Source: a bacterium (GTDB lineage: Bacteria; Patescibacteriota; Minisyncoccia; Phycocordibacterales; VMGT01). From it: a stretch of 64,000 nt of DNA. Shown in pieces: positions 38,719-48,102 of this stretch (position 1 is its first letter; each line of letters begins with the position of its first letter). The notes beneath the pieces are model-generated. The model was not told where the DNA came from and did not search any database. It worked only from the letters and a program-made list of their open reading frames with translations. The stretch lies in NCBI GenBank assembly GCA_030697645.1, contig JAUYPI010000003.1, forward strand, positions 318-64,317, given 5' to 3'. The translations under genes and the position numbers were made by a program.

Positions 38719-38986
38719 GTTTGATGTCTATCTATCTTTATGCAATACTCCAGCAAGACAGAGGTCTTGGTGGAGTATTTGCTTTAAGAATGTGTTGTAG
38801 AGCGAGGAGCGTGTATCCTTAAGGAGCGACTATGAATTGGTGGTTGTCCGGACTTTGTATGCTTTTGGTTGGTTTTCTTCTTGCGGCGATATACAGCCCG
38901 ATTTTGCCGTACGACGTGCGATACTCATTGTGGTTGTCCGTAACGGCTTTGTTCCACTGAGAACGTCGACAACAGGAGGATTTGTG

Positions 38987-40381
38987 ATGAAAATTTTGAT
39001 TGTCGGCTCTGGCGCTCGGGAGCACGCGCTTGCGGCAAAGATTGCGGAAAGTCCACTTGTGGAGACGCTCTACGCAGCACCCGGAAATGCGGGGATGGAG
39101 ATGGTGACCCTTCGATCGAGTGGTTTCTCGCTCGAGCCTGTACATATACAGGCGAGTGACATAAACGGCCTGTGTTCGTTTGCAAAGTGTGTAAGCGTTG
39201 ATCTTACGGTCGTTGGTCCAGAAATTCCTCTTGCCCTCGGCGTTGTCGATCGATTTCTCGAGTGGGGTTTGCCGATTGTCGGGCCGACGATGGCTGCAGC
39301 GAGGCTCGAGGCGTCGAAGATTTTTGCCAAGCAACTCATGTGGGGTCTCGGGATTCCGACGGCCTCGGGGGCAGTTTTCTGTGGTGATGATGTGTGTCTC
39401 GCCTCGGTCCTCGGGTATGCCGAGGAGCACTTTCGTCGCGTAAAGGGGCCGCTCGTTATCAAGCAGGATGGTCTCGCTGGCGGCAAGGGGGTGACCATCG
39501 TCCGTACGCCCGAGGAAGCGGAGGCGAGCATCCGTGCTCATCTTGAAGAGTGGCGTTTCGGTGACGGCGGCAGAGGACTTGTGCTCGAGAAGTACCTCGG
39601 AGGGGAAGAGCTCTCGTTCCATGTCGTTGCTCGCGGCGAGGAGTTTGTGGTTCTCCCCACGGCGCAGGATTATAAATTTCTCTACGCATCAGCGGAGGAC
39701 GGGGCTCTTGGCGATAACTGGATGACCGGCGGGATGGGGGCATATGCACCAGTCCGCATTACAGCGGCGCTGTATAAGAAAATCATTGATCGTATCGTGC
39801 GTCCGACACTCGCCGGCATGAGCGCGCGCCGTACGCCATTTAATGGCGTGCTCTATATAGGTCTTATGATTGTCGAGGATGAACCGTACGTCCTCGAGTT
39901 TAACGTGCGGTTCGGCGATCCTGAGGCGCAGGTGATCCTTCCGTTGATCCCGGGCGATATCGTGCCCCTGCTCCTCGCGTGCGCATCGGGAAGGAGGTTC
40001 CTCACAGGCGAGTATCGTGAACTGGCATCGTTTGTGCTCCCGGGAGGAGAATCGTCGGGATATGCGGTCTGCGTCGTTCTCACCAGTGATGGGTATGCGA
40101 AAGAAAAAAAGCACGGTCGGCACGTGATTGCAGGGCTCGATGTTGTCGCGACGCTGCCCCACACGCGCGTCTATCACGCGAGCACAGTTCGCGGGAGCGA
40201 CGGCGGGTTTCAGGCGCTCGACGGTAACCGTGTGTTAAGTGTCGTGGGAGAAGGTGATACGCACGAAGACGCATTGGAGAGAGCGTATACTGCGGTCGAA
40301 AAAATTTTTTGGCCTGGGATGTATTTCCGCAGGGACATTGGGTTCCTAAAAAAGGATAGTACATGGACAAAACAGCGCTGA
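38987..40381 (+). CDS. purD: phosphoribosylamine--glycine ligase
   Basis: MKILIVGSGAREHALA...APGNAG. AGGAGGA RBS. ORF-track start 38837 rejected. Confidence 0.9.
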   Translation: MKILIVGSGAREHALAAKIAESPLVETLYAAPGNAGMEMVTLRSSGFSLEPVHIQASDINGLCSFAKCVSVDLTVVGPEIPLALGVVDRFLEWGLPIVGPTMAAARLEASKIFAKQLMWGLGIPTASGAVFCGDDVCLASVLGYAEEHFRRVKGPLVIKQDGLAGGKGVTIVRTPEEAEASIRAHLEEWRFGDGGRGLVLEKYLGGEELSFHVVARGEEFVVLPTAQDYKFLYASAEDGALGDNWMTGGMGAYAPVRITAALYKKIIDRIVRPTLAGMSARRTPFNGVLYIGLMIVEDEPYVLEFNVRFGDPEAQVILPLIPGDIVPLLLACASGRRFLTGEYRELASFVLPGGESSGYAVCVVLTSDGYAKEKKHGRHVIAGLDVVATLPHTRVYHASTVRGSDGGFQALDGNRVLSVVGEGDTHEDALERAYTAVEKIFWPGMYFRRDIGFLKKDSTWTKQR

Positions 40382-40551
40382 AGACCCTGTTGAAGATGGC
40401 TATGCGACCCGTACTGCTGGCGTTTCTTGTTATGGTAGCGGTCACCACCGGTGCGGCATTCCTCTCTGATTTGACCGGTACTGGCGTGTGGCCAGTGTTG
40501 TTCCTTGGAGGCGTCGCTATAGTACTCCTTGTAATTCGCAGATTTGTTTAA
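40363..40551 (+). CDS. hypothetical small membrane protein (62 aa)
   Basis: Two hydrophobic helices. Overlaps the purD stop. Weak evidence. Confidence 0.3.
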   Translation: MDKTALKTLLKMAMRPVLLAFLVMVAVTTGAAFLSDLTGTGVWPVLFLGGVAIVLLVIRRFV

Positions 40552-40639
40552 CGTGATCTCTTACAGGCGCGACCCTTGGTCGCGCCTGCTTCCCTTTTTC
40601 ATCTAAAAGCTATAAGCTAAAAGCTATAAGCTCGCACCT

Positions 40640-41404
40640 ATGAGTCTCTGGTCCCTCCGCCATCAGCTCGGCTACGCTTTACTTGGAATCGGGTTCCTCG
40701 CGCTTCTTGTGGGGGTGCCGATCACGCTCACTCTGCTCGGGAGGTCCCCGACGTGCTTTGACCGCACGCGCAACCAGGGTGAGAGCGGCGTTGACTGCGG
40801 CGGGCCGTGTACGCTTCTCTGTGGCATGGAGGCTGCGGCACCGCTTGTACTTTGGGCGAGAGCAACGCGCGTGACCGAGACGGTCTACAACGCTGCCGCG
40901 CTCATTGAAAACCGCAACGCGGGCGCCGGCGCGCGCAACGTGCCGTACTCGTTTAAGCTCTACGACAGCCGCAATGTGCTCATTCTCGAGGAGCGCGGCA
41001 CGATCTCGCTTCCGCCGCAGACGCGCATCCCTATCTTTGCCGGGGGACTTGTGGTCGGCGCGCGGCCTCCGGCTCGGACATTCTTCGCATTCACTGACGA
41101 GCCGATTTGGGAGAAAATGGAGCACCGCGCAGCCGCGCTGACCGTGCAAAATGTTTCGCTGTCGCATGAAATGACAGCTCCGCGCGTCACCGCTGAGCTC
41201 GTGAATACCGGCGTTGAGACGATACGCGACATTACGGTCGTAGCCCTGCTCTATTCTCCCGAGGGGAGCATCGTCGCGACCTCTCGCACCGTGGTTGACC
41301 AGCTCGGGAAAAACCGCGTCGCGACTATCACGTTCACCTGGCCGGAGCCCCTACCTGCGCGGGTAGGGAAGGTTGATCTGTTTCCGTCCGTCCCATTGGA
41401 GTGA
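40640..41404 (+). CDS. hypothetical membrane-anchored protein
   Basis: N-terminal TM helix, Cys-rich segment. No recognised domain. Confidence 0.5.
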   Translation: MSLWSLRHQLGYALLGIGFLALLVGVPITLTLLGRSPTCFDRTRNQGESGVDCGGPCTLLCGMEAAAPLVLWARATRVTETVYNAAALIENRNAGAGARNVPYSFKLYDSRNVLILEERGTISLPPQTRIPIFAGGLVVGARPPARTFFAFTDEPIWEKMEHRAAALTVQNVSLSHEMTAPRVTAELVNTGVETIRDITVVALLYSPEGSIVATSRTVVDQLGKNRVATITFTWPEPLPARVGKVDLFPSVPLE

Positions 41405-41419
41405 GAGAAAATAAGAGAG

Positions 41420-41515
41420 AGAATAAGACAATTGACATGTAACATTTGACCATTGACCACGAACGAGAGCGCCCGTCGTCGTCAAATGTCAAAGGTCAAT
41501 TGTCAAATGTTTTTA
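41420..41515. repeat. palindromic element, family E (TTGACATGTAACATTTGACCATTGACC / GTCAAATGTCAAAGGTCAATTGTCAAATG arms, core CGAACGAGAGCGCCCGTCGTCG)
   Basis: Same architecture as families A-D. Sits upstream of the FtsW/RodA start. Confidence 0.6.
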
Positions 41516-41547
41516 CGCAATTCCATGCTTCGATATTTGGCTTTTGT

Positions 41548-42675
41548 ATGTCTTTCCATGTCCTTCGCCACATCGACTGGCTTCTCCTCGGCGCAGCGGC
41601 GCTCATTGTGTCTGTCGGCCTCGTGACCATGTACTCCTTTCGCGGGGAGAACATTTTTTTTGCGCGGCAGATTGTCTGGGGGGCAGGAGCGATTACGATG
41701 GCGTGTGCTTTAAGCTTTATCGACTTTCATTTTTTGCGAAGGCCCGGAGTGCTCGTGGGCCTTTTTGGGGCGTTTTGCGTCCTCCTTCTCTTCTTGATTT
41801 TTTTCGGTACGAGCGTGCGTGGGGTGCAGAGCTGGCTTGATCTCGGGTCATTTCGCGTACAGCCGGCGGATCCGGCGAAGCTCGTCCTCATTCTCCTCCT
41901 CGCGAAATACTTTTCGCGCCGTCACATCGAGATCGCGCACGTGCGCCATATTTTGGTCTCGGGGTTCTATGCAGGTGTGCTTTTTTTGCTTGTGCTCTTG
42001 CAGCCGGATTTCGGATCGGCGATCATCATCGCATCGCTCTGGCTTGGCATGGTCGCGATATCCGGCATCTCGAAGCGCCACCTCGCTTTGGTCCTCGCGA
42101 CTGGGCTACTTGGCGCGAGCACGTTGTGGCTCTTTGTCTTCGAAGATTACCAGCGTGCACGTCTCGTCAGCTTCCTCAATCCGATGGCCGATCTCCAAGG
42201 TGCCGGATACAACGCGTATCAGTCCGTCGTCGCGATTGGCTCCGGCGGGCTCTTTGGTAAGGGCATCGGCTTTGGGAGTCAATCGCGGCTGCGCTTTCTT
42301 CCCGAATACGAGACGGATTTCATCTTTGCAGCGTTTGCAGAGGAGTGGGGGTTTATCGGCGTCGTGATGCTCTGTGCGCTCTTCGCCATTATTATCTGGC
42401 GGCTTCTCCGGGCATCGATCCGTGGCGCGACTAATTTTGAGACGCTCTTTGCTGCTGGGCTCGCCGTGCTCATCATGAGTCACGCGACTGTCCATATCGG
42501 AATGAATCTAGGCCTCCTTCCGGTCACCGGCACGCCGCTGCCGTTTATGAGCTACGGTGGCTCGCACCTCTTTACCGAATTCATCGGCATCGGGATTTTA
42601 ATGGGCATGCGGCGCTATGGCCGCGCCACACATCGAAGCGAGCTCGCACGGGAGGAGGTGGATGTAACGCCATAG
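41548..42675 (+). CDS. SEDS-family peptidoglycan glycosyltransferase (FtsW/RodA)
   Basis: Multi-TM. Conserved PFMSYGGS and GxGxxxG regions. ATG at 41548 preferred over 41446. Confidence 0.8.
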   Translation: MSFHVLRHIDWLLLGAAALIVSVGLVTMYSFRGENIFFARQIVWGAGAITMACALSFIDFHFLRRPGVLVGLFGAFCVLLLFLIFFGTSVRGVQSWLDLGSFRVQPADPAKLVLILLLAKYFSRRHIEIAHVRHILVSGFYAGVLFLLVLLQPDFGSAIIIASLWLGMVAISGISKRHLALVLATGLLGASTLWLFVFEDYQRARLVSFLNPMADLQGAGYNAYQSVVAIGSGGLFGKGIGFGSQSRLRFLPEYETDFIFAAFAEEWGFIGVVMLCALFAIIIWRLLRASIRGATNFETLFAAGLAVLIMSHATVHIGMNLGLLPVTGTPLPFMSYGGSHLFTEFIGIGILMGMRRYGRATHRSELAREEVDVTP

Positions 42676-42746
42676 GCCGTATGAAGCGCTCAAAAATACC
42701 AGATTGAGTAGGACGTTCGCGCCTTGTTGGAAACCCCCGGATACAA

Positions 42747-42880
42747 ATTTCCAATTATCAATTTTCAATTTTCAGTCAATTTTGCAATGAATCAATTTTC
42801 AAACACGACGTCGTTCGTCATTGAGCCATTGAAACATTGAAAATTTACTGAAAATTGAAAATTGTAAATTGAAAATTATG
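42747..42880. repeat. palindromic element, family A
   Basis: Seen directly. Confidence 0.75.
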
Positions 42881-42923
42881 CGTATGATACTACCGGTGGA
42901 GTTTTGTACTCGAGTTTCGCTGC

Positions 42924-44186
42924 TCAGTTTTCATATACCGCGTAAGTCCTTGTTATCATTCGCTCGAGCGAAAACATTCGTGCGCTCTCGCGCGCGCTCG
43001 TGCCGAGTCGTGCTCTAAGCTCGATGTCGCTCGCGAGGCGCTCGATTGCCTCGGCGAGCGCGGTGCTGTCGTTGGGCGCAACGAGCAAACCGGTTTCCTC
43101 ATGTATGACGATCTCCGGTATGCCGCCGACCCGTGTTGCAATAATCGGCACGCCTGCGTGGAGCGCCTCGATGAGCACGTACGGCAGGCCTTCTTTGCGC
43201 GAGGGGAGTACAAAAAGGTCAAAGGCAGGCAGAAGCTCTGCTGCGTTTTCAATGTGTCCGGTGAGCACAACATGCTCGCCGAGGTCGCGCTCGGCGATGA
43301 GCGAGGCGAGCGAACCGCGGAGTTCACCGGAACCGATTAGAAAAGCTTTTAGCTGATAGCTTTTAGCTTTTAGGAGTGCGAGCGCCTCGATGAGCGTGTC
43401 GAGTCCTTTGTTTGGATGTAATTCCGCGATAGTTCCGATCCATAGATCAGGCACTGGCGTTTGAAATTTGACATTTGAAATTTTATTGGAAATTGGAAAT
43501 TGCTTGCCCGCCGGAGCTTCAGTGAAGGCGGGGAAATTAGAAATTGCGGCACGTGTCAGGATTTCTTTCCGTGCCTCTGTGGTAGGCATGTATTCTGTTG
43601 TTTCGATGCCGTTCCATATAGTTACCACTTTGCGCCGCAGCCCCGGCCATTTCTCGACAATCCGTCGATCGTGCTCCGAGACCGTGATCGTTTGGTGTGC
43701 GAGAAGCATCGTAAACCACGTGAATATTTTGATGAGTTGGCGTTGCCAGAACGGACGTGGCTCGAGGTGGGGAAGGCCGTGGAGAGTAACGATGATTTTG
43801 GGGACTGGTAACTGGTAACTAGTAACTAGGACGACGAATCGGTACGCGCGCGCCGCGAGCACTCCGATGCCGGCGGCTTTGGAGGAGTTGAGATGGATGA
43901 CATCGGGTTGCTCGCGGCGGTAGAGCGCAAGCAGAGCGAAGAACGCGCGAACGTCCTTCGTGATGCCGACGTCGCGCTCGAGGGCGAGAACGGGAACCAC
44001 CCGTACTCCTGCTGCTTCGAGCTTGTCTTTGAGGGCCCCGTCGCCGCCGAGAGCAACGATTGCCTCCGAGCTGTTAGCTTTTAGCTTATAGCTTTTAGCA
44101 GCGACGGCGAGATCGTAGACGTAGCGTTGCGCCCCGCCCCAGTTTGATTTCGTTATTACGTAAAGAATTTTTTGGTTATTTGACAT
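42924..44186 (-). CDS. glycosyltransferase family 4
   Basis: C-terminal EGLPYVLIEALHAGVPIIAT GT4 motif. Contains three in-frame repeat-arm motifs (see findings). Confidence 0.8.
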   Translation of the reverse strand: MSNNQKILYVITKSNWGGAQRYVYDLAVAAKSYKLKANSSEAIVALGGDGALKDKLEAAGVRVVPVLALERDVGITKDVRAFFALLALYRREQPDVIHLNSSKAAGIGVLAARAYRFVVLVTSYQLPVPKIIVTLHGLPHLEPRPFWQRQLIKIFTWFTMLLAHQTITVSEHDRRIVEKWPGLRRKVVTIWNGIETTEYMPTTEARKEILTRAAISNFPAFTEAPAGKQFPISNKISNVKFQTPVPDLWIGTIAELHPNKGLDTLIEALALLKAKSYQLKAFLIGSGELRGSLASLIAERDLGEHVVLTGHIENAAELLPAFDLFVLPSRKEGLPYVLIEALHAGVPIIATRVGGIPEIVIHEETGLLVAPNDSTALAEAIERLASDIELRARLGTSARESARMFSLERMITRTYAVYEN

Positions 44187-44294
44187 ATCAAATTTATATG
44201 CTAGGCTTTTGTTAGAGTGATGTCCCCGCTCAAATAGGTGTCATTGTTGTATTGATGACACGATAGAAACCAGAAAGAACCTTGGAGGTGTGGC

Positions 44295-44522
44295 ATGGAC
44301 CGAGTTAAACGAGAAAGCACGGCCAGTATGATTTTGAGTACAGTGGGAGACATGGTCGTATGGCTGTTGCTTGTCGCCAGTTCAGTGAGCGGCATAGTCA
44401 AGGGACCACTAGAGTATTTCCGCTATGGGCACGTTGATACCGACGTCGTGTTGATGGCCTTGCCGGTTCAGGTTTTTTGTCTCGGGTATTGTATCCTCAT
44501 GGACCTTCGCCGCCGCGGGTAA
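44295..44522 (+). CDS. hypothetical small membrane protein
   Basis: GGAGG RBS. Two TM helices. Confidence 0.4.
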   Translation: MDRVKRESTASMILSTVGDMVVWLLLVASSVSGIVKGPLEYFRYGHVDTDVVLMALPVQVFCLGYCILMDLRRRG

Positions 44523-44639
44523 AAAATCTTCCTGAGCAAGAGGACAATCGCAACCGCGGTTGTCCTCGCTCTGTTTTACAGCGTATGATATAGGAAGTTG
44601 GCAGAAAGCAGACGGCTGATAGCCGAAAGCTGCGCTAGC

Positions 44640-45989
44640 ATGACTATCCGCTCCAAAACTGAATCCCTGCTTCTCTTCATCGGCGATGTCGCGCTGTTTT
44701 TTGCTGCGCTGTGGGTGACACTCCTCGTGCGCTACGCCGCCGTACCGTCAGCGCACATCTGGACGCTCCACTTCGCACCATTCGCGCTCCTCTTTGTCGC
44801 GTGGGTCATCGTCTTCTACATTGCGGGCCTCTACGGCAAGCACACGCTTATGCTGAAGAGCAAGCTCCCGACGACGATCCTCAACGCCCAGCTCGTGAAT
44901 ATGGCCCTCGCCGTGGGCTTCTTTTATTTCATCCCGCTCTTCGTCATTACGCCGAAGGTACACCTTTTCATCTATCTCGGCATCTCATTCGTGATGATCC
45001 TCCTCTGGCGCATCTACGGCCACCGAGCGTTTGGTTTCCGCAAGCGGGAGAAGGCGATCCTCATCGGCTCCGGCGAGGAGATGCGTGAGCTCCGCGACGA
45101 GGTCAACCACAACCGTAGTTATTCGCTCTCGTTCGTTTCCTCGGTGGATCTCGACGAGATCGATGCTCTCGACTTTGAGGAGGAGATCATCCGACGGCTC
45201 TATAGCGAGGGGATCGGCGTCGTCGTTATCCACTTCCGCTCCGAGAAGGTGGAGCCGGTCCTTCCCCGTCTCTATAACTTGATTTTCTCCCACATTCGTT
45301 TCATAGACATGCACCGCGTGTACGAGGACATTTTTGACCGCGTGCCGCTCTCGCTCCTCCAGTATAGCTGGTTCCTCGAGAACATCTCCTTCGCGCCAAG
45401 CCGGCTCTACGACATCCTGAAGCGCGCGATGGACCTTACGCTCTCGGCCCTCGCGGGACTTGTGACGCTGCCGCTCTACCCACTGGTCTATTGCGCGATA
45501 AAGCTCGACGACGGCGGGCCGATTTTTGTCTTTCAGACGCGTGTGGGCCAGAATAATCATCCGGTGCGCCTCATTAAGTTTCGTACCATGAGTTTTGACG
45601 ATGGCGGGCAGTGGGGAGACGCAAACTATAATGAAGTGACTCGAGTGGGAAATTTTTTGCGCAGGACGCGTCTTGATGAGCTTCCGCAGCTCTTTAACGT
45701 GTTACGTGGCGATATTTCACTGATAGGCCCACGTCCGGAATTTCCAGAGGCGGTAAAAGAGTACGAAGCGCAGATTCCATATTACGGCGTACGCCATCTT
45801 ATAAAGCCGGGGCTTTCCGGCTGGGCACAGATACATCATCAAAAACACCCACATCACAGCGTTGACATTGTGGAGACCGAGAACAAGCTCGCCTACGACC
45901 TCTACTACATCAAAAACCGTTCATTCATGCTTGATGTGAAAATCGCGGTTAAGACACTGCGGATATTGGCGTCAAGGAGTGGGCTCTAA
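44640..45989 (+). CDS. polyprenyl glycosylphosphotransferase (bacterial sugar transferase, WbaP/ExoY family)
   Basis: C-terminal DELPQLFNVLRGDISLIGPRP motif. N-terminal TM helices. ORF track TTG 44598; ATG 44640 chosen. Confidence 0.8.
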   Translation: MTIRSKTESLLLFIGDVALFFAALWVTLLVRYAAVPSAHIWTLHFAPFALLFVAWVIVFYIAGLYGKHTLMLKSKLPTTILNAQLVNMALAVGFFYFIPLFVITPKVHLFIYLGISFVMILLWRIYGHRAFGFRKREKAILIGSGEEMRELRDEVNHNRSYSLSFVSSVDLDEIDALDFEEEIIRRLYSEGIGVVVIHFRSEKVEPVLPRLYNLIFSHIRFIDMHRVYEDIFDRVPLSLLQYSWFLENISFAPSRLYDILKRAMDLTLSALAGLVTLPLYPLVYCAIKLDDGGPIFVFQTRVGQNNHPVRLIKFRTMSFDDGGQWGDANYNEVTRVGNFLRRTRLDELPQLFNVLRGDISLIGPRPEFPEAVKEYEAQIPYYGVRHLIKPGLSGWAQIHHQKHPHHSVDIVETENKLAYDLYYIKNRSFMLDVKIAVKTLRILASRSGL

Positions 45990-46187
45990 AAAGCAGTATG
46001 CAACAAGCAGTATGCAGTAAGCACAGCGCGTCTACAGGCGATGGTTAGGCTCCTCGCCACGCATCACGAGAGGCGGGCCACCTTGTATTGGATGCGCGTT
46101 AGTGTCAAGTTGTCGCACTGTTCTCTGCATGAGACGATTATAGTGGACTAATTTAGCGGCGACACTTTTTAGCAGGAGTATACGCAT

Positions 46188-47117
46188 ATGCGCCAGTACC
46201 TTGATTTACTGCAGGATATTCTGGAGAATGGTGTGCGGAAAGATGACCGTACCGGCGTTGGCACGCAGAGCGTGTTCGGGCGGCAACTCCGTTTTAATCT
46301 CACTGACGGCTTTCCGCTCGTAACGACAAAGAAAGTGTTCGTTCGAGGCGTCATAGTGGAACTTTTGTGGTTCTTGCGTGGCGATACGAACATTCAATTT
46401 TTAATCCAGAACGGTGTCAACATCTGGAACGACTGGGCGTTTCAAAAGTACCTCGAAGCGAATGATTTGGCAAATCGCTTCGAGCGGTCATCGGAGACAT
46501 GGCGTGACGAAGTCAAGTTGTTTGCCGAGCGTATCAAGACGGACGATGAATTTGCGTGTCTCTACGGCGAGCTCGGGCCGATCTACGGTAAGCAGTGGGT
46601 ACGCTGGGAGTCTCGGGATGGGGAGGAGATCAATCAAGTTGCGCAAGCAGTTGACCTGATCAAAACCGACCCGACATCGCGACGCATCATTGTGTGTGGG
46701 TGGAACGTCGGCGAGCTCCAGGAACTCATCCGGGCGCGCCATCACGCGCCGCCGTCGTGTCATACGCTTTTTCAATTTATGGTGATCGGCGATTCGCTGT
46801 CATGCCAGCTCTATCAGCGTAGCGCGGATATGTTTCTCGGCGTGCCGTTCAATATCGCCTCGTACGCGCTGCTCACGATGATGATGGCGCACGTGACCGG
46901 ACTCAAGCCAGGTGAGTTTATCCATACGTTCGGCGACGCGCACATTTATCTTAACCACCTCGAGCAGGTGCGCGAGCAGCTCGCAAGAGAGCCGCGAGAG
47001 CTGCCGCAGATGAAACTCGCGAGCGGTGTGCGGGACATTTTTGGCTTTGTCTACGATGATTTTACGCTTGATGGCTACGATCCGTGGCCAGCGATTCGGG
47101 CGCCTATAGCAGTATAG
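46188..47117 (+). CDS. thyA: thymidylate synthase
   Basis: Conserved ThyA blocks including the catalytic Cys region. AGGAG RBS. Confidence 0.9.
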   Translation: MRQYLDLLQDILENGVRKDDRTGVGTQSVFGRQLRFNLTDGFPLVTTKKVFVRGVIVELLWFLRGDTNIQFLIQNGVNIWNDWAFQKYLEANDLANRFERSSETWRDEVKLFAERIKTDDEFACLYGELGPIYGKQWVRWESRDGEEINQVAQAVDLIKTDPTSRRIIVCGWNVGELQELIRARHHAPPSCHTLFQFMVIGDSLSCQLYQRSADMFLGVPFNIASYALLTMMMAHVTGLKPGEFIHTFGDAHIYLNHLEQVREQLAREPRELPQMKLASGVRDIFGFVYDDFTLDGYDPWPAIRAPIAV

Positions 47118-47127
47118 TGGAGGTTCT

Positions 47128-47748
47128 ATGGGGGAAGAGCAACAAAGACAGACGCTGAATATAATCGCCGCCGTGGCGCGAAACGGCGTCCTCGGCAAGC
47201 GCGGTGGGCTGCCGTGGTATCTGCCCGAGGATTTGAAGATGTTCCGCAAGCGCACGATGGGCTCGCCGGTTATTATGGGACGGCGTACGTTCGATTCGCT
47301 TATGGCGATGCGCGGCAAGCCGCTCGACGGACGCACGAACATTGTGGTGACGCGACAGCGTAAGTTCTCTGTGCCCGAAGGCGTCTTTGTCGTGCGCTCA
47401 CTTGACGAGGCGTTCAAGATTGCCGCCGAGCAGCCGAGCGTGCATGACGATGTATTCGTCGCGGGCGGTGGGGAGATCTACGCGCTCGCGCTGCCTCTCG
47501 CCGAGCGCTTCTATCTCACCGAAGTTGACGCGGATCCAGATGGCGAGGTGTATTTTCCGCTCTGGCAGCGTTTCGTGCCGCAGTGTACGCACCCGGAGTG
47601 GAAGTGCATCGCCACCGAGAAGTGGCGCCGCGATGAGGCGAGTGACACGCGTTTCCGATTTCTGACGCTGCAGCGGAAGCTTCCTGTGACCGCTTCGTTT
47701 GAACAGGCGTGTGGTCCGTGTCGGGACCACCCAGAGGAGAACAATTGA
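47128..47748 (+). CDS. folA: dihydrofolate reductase (with C-terminal extension)
   Basis: IAAVARNGVLG..LPW..PEDL..F...T.G..VIMGRRT. Confidence 0.85.
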   Translation: MGEEQQRQTLNIIAAVARNGVLGKRGGLPWYLPEDLKMFRKRTMGSPVIMGRRTFDSLMAMRGKPLDGRTNIVVTRQRKFSVPEGVFVVRSLDEAFKIAAEQPSVHDDVFVAGGGEIYALALPLAERFYLTEVDADPDGEVYFPLWQRFVPQCTHPEWKCIATEKWRRDEASDTRFRFLTLQRKLPVTASFEQACGPCRDHPEENN

Positions 47749-47759
47749 GACTTCAATGG

Positions 47760-47793
47760 CCCGAGACCAATCTCGGGCCTTCGTTTTTTTTGC
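47760..47793 (+). terminator. rho-independent terminator
   Basis: GGCCCGAGACCAATCTCGGGCC followed by T8. Confidence 0.7.
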
Positions 47794-47804
47794 GCTTGCG
47801 GATC

Positions 47805-47852
47805 GAGCGTCATAATAACAATGCGGCCGCATTGTTATTATGACGCGCTCGA
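47805..47852. repeat. perfect 48-bp palindrome centred on GCGGCCGC
   Basis: CGAGCGTCATAATAACAATGCGGCCGCATTGTTATTATGACGCGCTCG. Confidence 0.8.
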
Positions 47853-48102
47853 ATGTCGTCGAATGCAGACCGACTGTTTGGTTCGCGTAGACAATAGACA
47901 GAAAAAAACCTCCCTAAGCCAAGTGGCTGAGGGGGGTTGATGTGCGGTAGTGTTACCGCTCGGGTGTGTCGCTTTGCGACACCAAACAAACTATATAGTT
48001 TGTTTTTGAGAACAGAGTGCGGTACTGTTAAAAACACAGTACCAACTTTTTCTTTTCTGTACCTAGTGTATTTTCCACAGGTACTATTCGTCAAGCGCGA
48101 TT

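Noticed and set aside
38837-38986. Upstream extension of purD (track start 38837), including a 42-codon hydrophobic ORF at 38831-38959.
   Set aside because: PurD homology begins at MKILIVGSG with an AGGAGGA RBS. I checked the leader against purine and ZTP riboswitch consensus and saw no match, so no RNA element is claimed.
40679-41167. 162-aa minus-strand ORF overlapping hypothetical gene 40640..41404.
   Set aside because: The plus-strand ORF has the start context (ATG right after a terminator and repeat) and a TM anchor. The minus ORF is Arg-rich antisense.
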